This document shows positions 20,206 through 29,564 of a stretch of 64,000 bases of DNA, piece after piece. The notes beneath the pieces were generated by a model, which did not search any database, was not told the origin of the DNA, and was given only the letters and a program-made list of their open reading frames with translations. Numbering within the stretch: position 1 is the stretch's first letter; every line of letters starts with the position of its first letter. The stretch is taken from positions 64,001 to 128,000 of the forward strand of contig CAXXFV010000026.1 in assembly GCA_963674595.2 (NCBI GenBank), written 5' to 3'. Made by a program: the position numbers and the translations under genes. The stretch comes from a bacterium. Its GTDB lineage: Bacteria > Zhuqueibacterota > Zhuqueibacteria > Residuimicrobiales > Krinioviventaceae.

Positions 20206-20275
20206 AAAATACAAAAGAAAAAAACAGATGTCCAGTGTAAAATAATTATTGAGGATTGGAGGTGGGTGAGGGGCT
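20206..20275 (-). promoter_or_regulatory. Second repeated promoter module, copy 1
   Basis: AAAATACAAAAGAAAAAAACAGATGTCCAGTGTAAAA, read on the minus strand as TGGACA-N17-TATTTT, plus an adjacent G-rich tract. Recurs at 29565 and 38432. Confidence 0.65.
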
Positions 20276-20300
20276 TGAATCCAAGTCAAACACGTGTTAC

Positions 20301-20432
20301 CCTTCGACTCCGCTCAGGGTGACATGGTTTAGAATTACCCTTCTGTCATCCCGAGCGGCGTCAAGGGATGTTCTTAAACCTGTCTCCTTTCCACCCTTCG
20401 ACTTCGCTCAGGGTGACACTGCTTCGGCTCGC
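20301..20432. repeat. REP-like cluster, family V (CCTTCGACTCCGCTCAGGGTGACA)
   Basis: Three alternating-orientation copies at 20301, 20344 and 20395. Also at 31479 with the shared AACACGTGT flank. Confidence 0.8.
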
Positions 20433-20465
20433 AGAGAGAGGAACCTCAGCTGACCGGGTAAAAAA

Positions 20466-20942
20466 TCACTGTGAATCTCTTCTCAACGCATTTCTAGAAG
20501 CCTTGTCCACCAGTCCAAAAAACCTGTGGACATCATCTTTTTGGTTTGATGGCTGATGTCCGCGTACCTTGATAAATTCACAATCCATTTTATCAGTCAG
20601 CCTGTAAAACTCTATATACAGATCGTAATTGTTGAGACGCTTGCCTTTTTTTGAATGATAATCGTTTTTTTCAAATCGTTCACGTCTGCCATTTAATCCG
20701 GTAATGTTTTGAGAATCCGTATACACAATCACTTTACGTTTACAAGTTTGAATATCGTCCAGGGCCCATAATAACGTCTGCAATTCCAGTTTTGTTGAAG
20801 ATGTATTCTCAAATCGTTTTACTTTAATGCTCGGTATGGTGTCCGGAGAAAGCTCTGTTTCAGACGTGACAAGGTAAGCGCCATATCCAATATTTGATTG
20901 ATTATCCACGCTTACATCTGTAAAAAGAAATAGTTTATCCAT
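20466..20942 (-). CDS. Ribonuclease H-like protein (RNase HI fold)
   Basis: FTDVS, STKLEL, VYTDSQ, KVRGH, VDKAS catalytic pattern. Confidence 0.85.
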   Translation of the reverse strand: MDKLFLFTDVSVDNQSNIGYGAYLVTSETELSPDTIPSIKVKRFENTSSTKLELQTLLWALDDIQTCKRKVIVYTDSQNITGLNGRRERFEKNDYHSKKGKRLNNYDLYIEFYRLTDKMDCEFIKVRGHQPSNQKDDVHRFFGLVDKASRNALRRDSQ

Positions 20943-21013
20943 AAAACTCTTACTTGATATTTGCCGGGTCCTTGATAAATATACAGATTACAACCGGTAT
21001 TATTTTTTTGTGA

Positions 21014-21136
21014 CTCGCTCGCAGGGGATATGCAATCCCCTGAGGAATCAATGAAAAGGGGATTGTATCCCCATTCCAAATATCTGAAAAAATCAATTTA
21101 TAAACAATTAGAACATTTCCGATTTTACGATGTTCT
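21014..21136. repeat. Direct-repeat copy of the RAYT 3' end plus cognate REP
   Basis: CTCGCTCGCAGGGGATATGCAATCCCCTGAGG...GGGGATTGTATCCCC...TTAGAACATTTCC...GATGTTC matches 23887-23978. Confidence 0.85.
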
Positions 21137-21164
21137 CGCAGAAGAAAATTTTAATCCCGGCAAA

Positions 21165-21713
21165 TCACGAAAAATAATTATTATAAAATACATGAATTAT
21201 AAAATAATAATTCAAGTGCAAATCAAAAAACATGATAAAATAAATCAGAATAAACGTAATAAAATTTATATCCAATTTGTGAAATAGGTTGTAAATTTTG
21301 GTGAAAATTAAAGCAATAAAAATCATCGCAGATGAAATCAGTCCATTAAAGAGGAAATAATATTTGAACTTTAATGCTACCTCTATTACCATATATGGGC
21401 TTAGATCATTGGCTAATTCTATAATCCTGTAAATATTTTCAAGATTTATTATGGCACAGGCAAAATAAAGAATGAAATGAATAAATATCAGGTTTACTTT
21501 TATAGATTTTAACTTTACAATATTAAGATAATATAACCATAACAGAACGATTAAAAAATAATTGATCAATGCATAATATTTAATCATGTTGGATATGAAA
21601 TATTTATGCGAAAATATAAAATAAAAATCTATCAGATAAACCATTAATATTGTTACATTAAAAACACTAAAAAGGTTTTTTCTCTGAAATTTCGAATTTT
21701 TGTCTGGTTTCAT
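21165..21713 (-). CDS. Hypothetical multi-TM membrane protein
   Basis: Very AT-rich, with about five hydrophobic segments. Confidence 0.6.
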   Translation of the reverse strand: MKPDKNSKFQRKNLFSVFNVTILMVYLIDFYFIFSHKYFISNMIKYYALINYFLIVLLWLYYLNIVKLKSIKVNLIFIHFILYFACAIINLENIYRIIELANDLSPYMVIEVALKFKYYFLFNGLISSAMIFIALIFTKIYNLFHKLDINFITFILIYFIMFFDLHLNYYFIIHVFYNNYFS

Positions 21714-22140
21714 GGTACCTGTATATAATTGTTATTGTTCTGTCGGTTTCATGCACGACTTGTGACAGGGTAGATGCATTATTTAAATAGGGTAATAGTT
21801 CCTTGTTTTTTTGCACAAGCCTCACAATTTCCGGGCCTGATTTTTCAAAATCAATAGCTATCGAGTTTTTTCCTTTGGAGTAAAAATGAAAAGAAACAGA
21901 GGGCTCTTTTCCAACGAAAACTCGGTATACGGTGAAATTTATGAATACGTTAATTTTGTTTTCCTTAAAAAATTTCGAATTTTCAAGTTCGTTTTTAATT
22001 TTATCAGCAACCGTTCTAACCGAATCTTCCTTGTTTTCGATAGATTGAATATCTGATTTTATCCGGTTTTCTGCAAACTTTATATTATAACCTATACCCA
22101 CAATTATAAACAGTATGTTTAAGAAAATAATAATTTTCAT
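21667..22140 (-). CDS. Hypothetical membrane-anchored protein
   Basis: N-terminal TM helix and GAGG RBS. Confidence 0.65.
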   Translation of the reverse strand: MKIIIFLNILFIIVGIGYNIKFAENRIKSDIQSIENKEDSVRTVADKIKNELENSKFFKENKINVFINFTVYRVFVGKEPSVSFHFYSKGKNSIAIDFEKSGPEIVRLVQKNKELLPYLNNASTLSQVVHETDRTITIIYRYHETRQKFEISEKKPF

Positions 22141-22226
22141 GCTTAAATCCTCTGTTCCGCTCGGGGCTGTATCAGAAGCCCCAAAAACTGCAATTCAATA
22201 AAGTAATTTTAGTATTATTTAGAAAC

Positions 22227-22254
22227 AAAGCCTGCTTTAAGAGAAGCGGGCTTT
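22227..22254 (-). terminator. Hairpin downstream of the IS1182 transposase
   Basis: AAAGCCTGCTT-TAAGAG-AAGCGGGCTTT. Confidence 0.5.
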
Positions 22255-22262
22255 ATATTTTT

Positions 22263-23804
22263 TTAATTTCCTGATTTTTTATAGTATTTTCGGATATTAA
22301 ATGCCAAGCATAGCAACCCAAATTCATGGTTTACTTTTTCAATTCCCCTTAAACTAAATTTACTGAATTTTTGGTTTTTTTTGAAATCAGCAAACGGGGT
22401 TTCCACTTCATTGCCTCTTTTTTTACGGAGTTTTATACCTTTTTCAGAATTCAAATTCTTGCGGGCTTTTGCCTTGAATTTTTCCAATTCACGATTTATC
22501 TGCACTGTTCGATTTCCGAAACCTCTTTTACATTTTTCTGCATGCGGACAACCGTCACAATCTTCACATTCATAAACACGCTGTTGATTGAGGAACCCTG
22601 TTGCTGTTGTTCTGGTCCTTATATCCCGGAACCAAAGCGCTCTGTCTGCGGGACAATAGAAGCAATCCTGCTGCTCATCATATCTCATATTATCTCGATG
22701 AAAGATATTTTGACGAAAACTACGGCTTTGTTCTCGATGGAACGAACCATATTTCAAAAAGTTTTCTATTTTATATTCAGACAAAAGTAAATAGTTTTCA
22801 TGATTGCCATAGCCACAGTCTCCGGTATAGGTCTCTGGAATAAATTTTTCATTCCGCTTGACGATCTTGAAAAGATGGGCTGGAAAGCTGGCTGAGTCCG
22901 ATGCATTTTGACCAACAGAATAATTGACAAGAAATTGGTGGTTGGTACTGATTTGCACATTATAGGCAGGCCGAAGCGTTTCATCTTTCATTCGCATAAA
23001 GGTCGCGTCGGTGTCTGTTTTGGAATAAGAGTTGCGTCCGGCAAGTTTATTTTCCTGGTCCTCATATTTGGCCAATTTTTCCGATTCCTTCTTTAGCTTG
23101 TTGGCCCGGCTTTTTAAAGAGCGGGCCTTTTTCTTATTCCCTTCTTTTTCCAGTCGTTCGTTGATTTCTTCTGCAACCTTTTCAATGTTCTCAACCGTGA
23201 TGTCCGAATGCTCTCCCCGTTCCGGTAGATCGCTTTCCCCATATTTCAAGTCCTCTTCAGCATTAAGCTCATCAATCTCGTGAAATAGGGATTGGACCCG
23301 TTGCTTTACAGCGGCTTTATAACGTTCGGTATTTTTTCTCCACACGTAGGTGTATTTACCTGCGTTTGCCTCAAATTTACTGCCATCAACAAAATAATCT
23401 TTTAAATCAATATAGCCTTCTGCTTCTAAAAACAGCAATACCTGGCTAAAAATATCTTCCATCGTGTTGCGAAAGTACTCACTGCGAAAACGATTTACTG
23501 TATTAAAATCAGGACGGCTCATACCGGAAAGCCACATAAAGGGTAAATCTTCACGCAGTGCTTTGGCGATTTTACGACAACTATAAATATGGCAAATATA
23601 AGCATATAAAATAACTTTGAGCATCATTCGCGGATGATAGGACGGTGTGCCGCCTCCGCTAAAACGATCTTCTATGGATTTTGAAGAAATTCGATCTATT
23701 ACAGAATCCAATACCCGGACCAGATGGTTTTTGTCTATAAATTCATCCAGGCTCGGTGGCAATAACATTATTTGGTTCTGATGGACTTCTCTAAACTTTT
23801 TCAT
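22263..23804 (-). CDS. IS1182-family DDE transposase
   Basis: YHPRMMLKVILY, PDFNTVNRFR, VDGSKFEANA, SKTDTDATFMRMK, AYNVQ, DCGY, CEDCDGCPHAEKC, VETPFADFK. Confidence 0.95.
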   Translation of the reverse strand: MKKFREVHQNQIMLLPPSLDEFIDKNHLVRVLDSVIDRISSKSIEDRFSGGGTPSYHPRMMLKVILYAYICHIYSCRKIAKALREDLPFMWLSGMSRPDFNTVNRFRSEYFRNTMEDIFSQVLLFLEAEGYIDLKDYFVDGSKFEANAGKYTYVWRKNTERYKAAVKQRVQSLFHEIDELNAEEDLKYGESDLPERGEHSDITVENIEKVAEEINERLEKEGNKKKARSLKSRANKLKKESEKLAKYEDQENKLAGRNSYSKTDTDATFMRMKDETLRPAYNVQISTNHQFLVNYSVGQNASDSASFPAHLFKIVKRNEKFIPETYTGDCGYGNHENYLLLSEYKIENFLKYGSFHREQSRSFRQNIFHRDNMRYDEQQDCFYCPADRALWFRDIRTRTTATGFLNQQRVYECEDCDGCPHAEKCKRGFGNRTVQINRELEKFKAKARKNLNSEKGIKLRKKRGNEVETPFADFKKNQKFSKFSLRGIEKVNHEFGLLCLAFNIRKYYKKSGN

Positions 23805-23950
23805 CCGCTCCTACTCGTATTACTTTCCTTTTTTTAAAATTATACTTATTTTTTATCTTATTATAAAGAACTTTTGATACAGCCCCGAAACCAATGAAAA
23901 GGGGATTGCATCCCCAATCCAAATATCTGAAAAAATAAATTTATAAACAA

Positions 23951-24496
23951 TTAGAACATTTCCAGTTTTTCGATGTTCATAATCGAATGATCATCGAGAA
24001 TGTAATTACGTGCGCTGCTGTATTGCTAATCTTCAGGACTGGCAACAAAGCCTTTTCTGCCCGGATTATGGTGCATATATAACAGCTTTTGGCGGCAAAC
24101 TTTTTCCGTATATAAAATTTGGGGATGATATTCATCCTGCCATATTTTATATTTGCGGTCTCCCGTTTCGCTTTCGGCTGTTTTTTTGAAAACATACAGT
24201 AATAATTTTTGATTATCTTTTTCCATCTCGTTTGAAATCGCTTTGGATGTATATTTCTTCATATCACGCATCACGTCCTGAAACCGAAATCCTATGTCGG
24301 TTTGGGCTATCAAGTGAAAGTGATTAAGCATAATCACATAACCAGAAACATGCAAACCTTTATTTTCTCGGCAATATTTGAGACTGTCAATAATGATTTG
24401 AAAATATCTCTGTTCAACAAAAACCGGCAGCCATTCTATGATCGTGTGAGTAGTGAAATAAATACCATTTTCATCTATTGTTTTATATCTTCCCAT
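23951..24496 (-). pseudogene. REP-associated tyrosine (Y1 HUH) transposase, RAYT, with an in-frame TAG
   Basis: YFTTHT, YVIMLNHFHLI (HUH), KIWQDEYH, YMHHNP. TAG at 24026-24028 sits where W of WxYSSA is expected, and the frame continues QYSSARNY...EMF* to 23951. Confidence 0.88.
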
Positions 24497-24553
24497 TAAA
24501 GGCCCCTTTTAAGTATCGTTTTAAGGAGTTCGATTTCAGTTCGTTGAGTACAG

Positions 24554-24621
24554 GGCATCAGGGAATATAATTCCCAATACCATTTGTTCCGCAGAGGATT
24601 GCAAATCCTCTGCGAGCGAGG
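24554..24621. repeat. RAYT-cognate REP, inverted copy upstream of RAYT
   Basis: CGCAGAGGATTGCAAATCCTCTGCGAGCGAG plus the small GGGAATATAATTCCC hairpin. Confidence 0.85.
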
Positions 24622-24629
24622 TTAATATA

Positions 24630-25913
24630 TCAATCAATATTATTTATCTTCTTTAAATAGTCAAGCTTTTCTTGGATCAACTTAATATCAAAACTTATTG
24701 TATCAGTTGTAATTTCTTCGCTGTATTTTTTATTGAACAGACATTGAGCATAGGTGTGATATATTGGCACTTTAAAGCAAAATTTTGAAGACCTTTTTAA
24801 TATAATACCACCTTTTTTACTTGTTGTTAATGATTTTAGATAAGTGGACAAGTTCCCTGAAGGATAATTAGGTTCATATTTATGGATTTTTGAAAGTATA
24901 TCGTTATATTCTGCGCCTTCAATATCAAATTCTGATAGAGCTCTAAATATGAGTTGTGCGTTTTTAAATTTTCCTTTTCTCTGTTCTAGAGCGTTTTCAA
25001 AATCTGATTGTATTGTATCTGATGAATCATTGACATAAGCTTCAATTGCTGATTTTAATGCCTCTTCTGTTACTCTTATTTCTTCTTCTTCGTATACATA
25101 TCTATTCAAATTGAAGCAGACATGTAAACATATTGAGTGACAAACCGAAGGGACACCATTTGCTAATTTTACAATCCTCTCAATTAAGAAATTCGGCATT
25201 ATAATATTTAATTGAGAAAAGCCCATTGTTGGTATTTGCCGTATTTCGTCATCCGTCATTAGTGGTACAAAGATTTCAGCAACTCTATTTTTTAGTTCAA
25301 CGTCAAATTGTATTACCTCCCTTCCTGTTCCTACAGCTCCAATACAAATAATTTTTATATCAGGATACTCTTCTGCCATATCCATAAAGAGTTTCATTGA
25401 TTGAGATAGCTTTGATTTTTCGGTTTCTAAAACTTTATGAAAATCTTCAAGAACTAGACAACATTTTGCATTTCCTAAAAATCTAGCCAGTGTTTGAATC
25501 GTTAACATCGGCGGAATAATCCTTTTGAGTGATTCTGATTTATCTTGTGAGCTTGAACGACCTAATTCTGCTTTAATTAATTTGTAATCTGACGATAGTT
25601 TCATTGATTTCTGTGTACTTGTACTATTTGTTGTACTATCCATATAAAAAGGATTCAACTCATCAAAAGCTTGCAAAATTAAGTCTTCATATGTTAAACT
25701 TGCAGTGCATCTTACAGTGATATGATCTTCATATATTTGATGTAATTTATTAACTATTAAGGTTGTTTTTCCGCTCCCAGAATGTCCATAAATTACGATC
25801 TGTTTACCGGGAGTTCTTAATGAGTTTACAATTTGACTATCGACTGATGATCGTTCTACAAACGTTAATCTTGCTGGAGTTGATGGGGTAAAAACTTTAA
25901 TAGCTTCTACCAT
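24630..25913 (-). CDS. P-loop AAA+/STAND-like ATPase with a probable winged-helix C-terminus
   Basis: Walker A GHSGSGKT, Walker B LVLEDFH, AT-rich. Confidence 0.85.
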   Translation of the reverse strand: MVEAIKVFTPSTPARLTFVERSSVDSQIVNSLRTPGKQIVIYGHSGSGKTTLIVNKLHQIYEDHITVRCTASLTYEDLILQAFDELNPFYMDSTTNSTSTQKSMKLSSDYKLIKAELGRSSSQDKSESLKRIIPPMLTIQTLARFLGNAKCCLVLEDFHKVLETEKSKLSQSMKLFMDMAEEYPDIKIICIGAVGTGREVIQFDVELKNRVAEIFVPLMTDDEIRQIPTMGFSQLNIIMPNFLIERIVKLANGVPSVCHSICLHVCFNLNRYVYEEEEIRVTEEALKSAIEAYVNDSSDTIQSDFENALEQRKGKFKNAQLIFRALSEFDIEGAEYNDILSKIHKYEPNYPSGNLSTYLKSLTTSKKGGIILKRSSKFCFKVPIYHTYAQCLFNKKYSEEITTDTISFDIKLIQEKLDYLKKINNID

Positions 25914-26057
25914 ATTTTGTTCCTCACTTTAATGTAGCATACAGTTCAACTATTATCTTCAATTAATTATATAATGCTGCGATAAAACCACAGCCTACTT
26001 GATGAATGTGTCTGTAAAGAAAACATGTAGTTCTTCACGTCCATATACATGAAATTG

Positions 26058-26991
26058 TTAAATATTTAATTGCATTAATAGACTGTAAGAATTTGAATAT
26101 ATTTGTTCATGTGAATGCAATAAGATTTGATTATTATAATAATCAACATCGCTTTTGTTTAATGTGTAATTTTTTTTATTTGACATATTTATCATTATGA
26201 GAGATCAATATAGCAAGTTTGGGTGATATTGGATAATAGATTTCCATATCTGTAACAGGTGTAGAAGTATTCGTATGTGAAGCTTTCGCCAAAATGTTAA
26301 TTACAGGTTGATCTCCTGTTATCAATGAATTAAAGGTATCATTCTCAAACAATGTTAATTTAAATTCATCCTTATGAATAAATAAGTAATTTGCTATATT
26401 TAAAGCAAACATGTGACTCAGCACATTCCAAATGTTATTTATGTTGATACTATTAGTATCTTTTATAGTTGATACTATATTTGATTTCATTTTTTTTGTT
26501 CTAAAGTATTGTGTACAAAGAAATATTAAAAATGTCAAGTACTCTTCATCTAAATTCACAAAATTAGTATTTTTATTTAGCAGTGAATGAAGATGTGATA
26601 TAGAATCTTGTTCAATTTTTGTATGAAAGTCTTCTGCTAGGTTATTTATAGCTATATCGATTTCTTTAAGATAATTATTATCGTTATAGCCATTTAAATC
26701 TAACAAATCAATCATCCTGAAAATTGAATTAAACAAAATTAAATAATCGTGTTGAAGTGGTTGTAAATGTTTTGGAGAATTATTAATAAAATGTTTTAAA
26801 AAATTGATATCATTTGTAGATAATCGTTTTAATCTATAGAAGTTCCTCATAACACCTACGCGATTTAATTTTGGATTGAATATCTTTTTATCTCTTAAAC
26901 AATATAATTTGTCATTTTTTGTCCATGGCTTCAAGTAATGTTGCCAAACATAATGTTGGTTTTTCTTTTTTTGTATGAATAATTTTTTCAT
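26058..26991 (-). pseudogene. DUF4238-domain protein, frameshifted near 26180
   Basis: NQHYVWQHYLKPW, QYFRT, ITGDQPV, YPISPKLAI. The family-like tail DVDYYNNQILLHSHEQIYSNS continues in another frame to TAA at 26058. Confidence 0.78.
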
Positions 26992-27084
26992 TTTAATAGA
27001 TATGTAACATAATATTAAACAAATCTGTTAGCTACCTAAAAATTATTAGATCGTGTCATAAAATTTAATTCAATATAATTTTCT

Positions 27085-27308
27085 AGCCAACACAGTCTTT
27101 CCTTATATGTGTTATTAAATCCCGCAGATAAATAATAAAGTGGAAAATCAGCAAAAGTATTATCAGGAACTCCCGTGCGCGACCAAATTATCCTGAAAAC
27201 AATCCTTTATAGCTGATAGCGAATAATACAAATTCTGAATTATCGGCGCAAGTGGTTTTTCAAAAATGTTGAAAACAAGCCAAGGGTCCAAAATTTCGAA
27301 CCCCTGCA
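27085..27308 (-). promoter_or_regulatory. Repeated promoter + hairpin leader + GTTR-core module, copy B
   Basis: TTGCGC (27251-27246)-N17-TATTAT (27228-27223). Hairpin at 27147-27217. Core GTTGGCT at 27091-27085. Confidence 0.78.
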
Positions 27309-27311
27309 GGA

Positions 27312-29459
27312 TTATTTTTGAATGACCTCAAACAAAACCCCGTCATATTTATTGTCAATTTTTACACGGAATCCCTTTTGCATCAACTCTTTGCCGGACA
27401 ATTCGGCGACAATTTCATTTGAAATTTCCCTGCGAACCAGGTATGTTTTGTCCGGGTGTAAATATCTCACAAACACCTGCCGTTCTGTTTCCAGCGCGCC
27501 GTGACGGAACACGCCCACCAGTCCGCCGGATTGGGTTTCGGTGTTGATGCGCTGATAACCGTCCCATTGGCCTTCATGGGGCTCGCCGAATCCGGCCAAA
27601 TCCTGACGAAACAGCATGTAATTGTGTTTTGTTTGCAGTTCGTGCAGCCAGTGTGACATGCTTTTGATCCAGGCCTGGTCGTCTTTTGCAATTGCTAAAA
27701 TTTCACCGAGAACAATGGGAAAAACCCCGGCCACAGACCGGATGTGCAGCCGGTAATAAGGATCGTCCAGTTGCAGGTTGCCGATGACACAGGCGGATGC
27801 GGGAAGGGTCGGCGAAACAAGCCAGGCCAGGTTTCGGGCCTGCAGCGCGCCCACCGGACCGCGTTCATAAATGTTGGAAAGCCAGTTGCCTTCGGCGTGT
27901 TTGCACATGTCGTAATCAATCAAATGCGAGGCGCCCATGGTTTCATAGGTACAGTCGATAAAAAGCTCAGGGAATTGCCGGTGCAGGTCGTCAAACACCT
28001 GCCAGGCCGAACGGTAAATCGGCAGGTACGAATCATTCTGATCACGGTGCCCCGGATGGTTCGTTGCATGGCACCCGGACATGTCCCGGTCGTACATATA
28101 GGCGCTGGTGGCAATTGCCAGGTCGAGTTTGACATAATTTAAATCCAGGGCCTTTACCTTTTCGGCAATAACGTCCCGGATATAATCCGCCCAACCGGTT
28201 GTCATGCAGGCGGTTACATTGGCCGGCTGGATGCCGTGCACACACATGGGCTGACCGTTTTTGTCCAGAATAAACCAGTCGGGATGTTCTTTATAAACCG
28301 CACTGTATTTTGACGCCATTGCCAGACTGAGCCACAAACCCCGGCGCAGGCCTTTTTGTTTGATATAGGAATATACCGACTCCAGTCCGTTGGGGTATTT
28401 TTCAGGATTGACAACATAATCCCCGCATTTAAAGGCCCAATCCACATCCTTTTTCGTATCTTTTATCGTATACCAGCCCGCATCCAGGGTGATCTCTTCT
28501 ATGCCGCATTCGGCGGCAGCATCGGTCAGTTTTCTTAAAAGCGAGTCATCCACGGTAGCGCGGTAGGGTTTCCAGTGATTGTATGCCAGCGACGGAAAAT
28601 GAGACACCGTTGCCAGGCGAATACCCATATAGCGCCGTGTAAAATCCTGCACCGGCCCCTCGATAGCCTGAAACGGATCATCGGTATCGCGATACAGGCA
28701 CAAAAACGTCCAGGGACTTGTCCAGCGTTCCTGCGGTTCAAGCCATTTGCGAAAGGCATATTCCTGGTCCGCATGGGTAAGACCGATGGAAAAATTAAAA
28801 GCGTCGGTAAAAGTGCTGATGCGTTTAATAACGCCCGGCGTTTCATTGCCAAGCACCAGGCCCCGTTTTTCTTCAACATGGTGGAGCGCCACAGCCGGAT
28901 CGTGCCAATTGCCCGGATAGGGACCTGTTACCTTGTGTCTGGCATAATTGGTCATGGAATAACAGCGGCCGTCCCTGTCAAAAAACTCTAAATTTTCAAC
29001 ATCCACTGCTTCAAGATTGATGTCCTGATCGCCCATATTGACAACCGCCAGTTTTTTGCGGATGACAGGCGTTTGGGGATAAAGCAGGTAGGTAATTTCA
29101 AGGACAAGCCTGGGGGACCGGTTTCTTTCAAGGGTCACCGTGGCGCCGTTGCCCTGATGTTCATCGGCTGCCTTTTTGATGTTTTTAAGCGTCCATCCGT
29201 CCATACCGGATATGGGCAGATCATCGCATTCAAAATAAAATTCGTTGCTGCTGTTTTGGACAAAATTCGTATCCCCTTTGCAGAATGCCAGTCTTGATGT
29301 GGAGACAGATGTTTTTTGCGGATTGAACTGAATGACCCGTTTGACCAGGCCGTTATCCAAATTCAATTGCGAATCGTCCCAGGAGGCATAGTCACCGGCA
29401 CATAATAAAGAGGCAAACAACATGATTAAAAGCGAAAATACCGATAACATCTGTTTCAT
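27312..29459 (-). CDS. GH36-like alpha-galactosidase, exported
   Basis: Signal peptide, YNHW, LDAGW, GDY...KYPNGL, GLW, YVKLD, GH36 C-terminal LHPDKTY. Confidence 0.85.
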   Translation of the reverse strand: MKQMLSVFSLLIMLFASLLCAGDYASWDDSQLNLDNGLVKRVIQFNPQKTSVSTSRLAFCKGDTNFVQNSSNEFYFECDDLPISGMDGWTLKNIKKAADEHQGNGATVTLERNRSPRLVLEITYLLYPQTPVIRKKLAVVNMGDQDINLEAVDVENLEFFDRDGRCYSMTNYARHKVTGPYPGNWHDPAVALHHVEEKRGLVLGNETPGVIKRISTFTDAFNFSIGLTHADQEYAFRKWLEPQERWTSPWTFLCLYRDTDDPFQAIEGPVQDFTRRYMGIRLATVSHFPSLAYNHWKPYRATVDDSLLRKLTDAAAECGIEEITLDAGWYTIKDTKKDVDWAFKCGDYVVNPEKYPNGLESVYSYIKQKGLRRGLWLSLAMASKYSAVYKEHPDWFILDKNGQPMCVHGIQPANVTACMTTGWADYIRDVIAEKVKALDLNYVKLDLAIATSAYMYDRDMSGCHATNHPGHRDQNDSYLPIYRSAWQVFDDLHRQFPELFIDCTYETMGASHLIDYDMCKHAEGNWLSNIYERGPVGALQARNLAWLVSPTLPASACVIGNLQLDDPYYRLHIRSVAGVFPIVLGEILAIAKDDQAWIKSMSHWLHELQTKHNYMLFRQDLAGFGEPHEGQWDGYQRINTETQSGGLVGVFRHGALETERQVFVRYLHPDKTYLVRREISNEIVAELSGKELMQKGFRVKIDNKYDGVLFEVIQK

Positions 29460-29564
29460 TTCAGGATACCTCCGTGCAGCGCGTTATGGCTGTTGTGATT
29501 TTGGGTTATATGGGGATGTTTTTTTACCGGTTACCGGCATGGTGCCGTTCCGGTCCGCATGGTA

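Larger units (their letters stand above)
22163..23886 (-). mobile_element. IS1182-family insertion sequence
   Basis: Terminal inverted repeats GGGGCTGTATCAGAAG (22163-22178) and CTTTTGATACAGCCCC (23871-23886) around the transposase. Confidence 0.9.

Noticed and set aside
20256-20556. Short ORFs such as 20256..20453, 13347..13535 and 21030..21287
   Set aside because: They are translations of REP repeats (e.g. PSTPLRVT, FGVDTPS), not genes.
27147-27217. Module hairpin as a c-di-GMP, SAM, TPP or cobalamin riboswitch
   Set aside because: It lacks the signature motifs I can recognise (e.g. GGCAAAC/GYAAA, ATCNAGAG, CTGAGA, B12 box). An Rfam search is still required.
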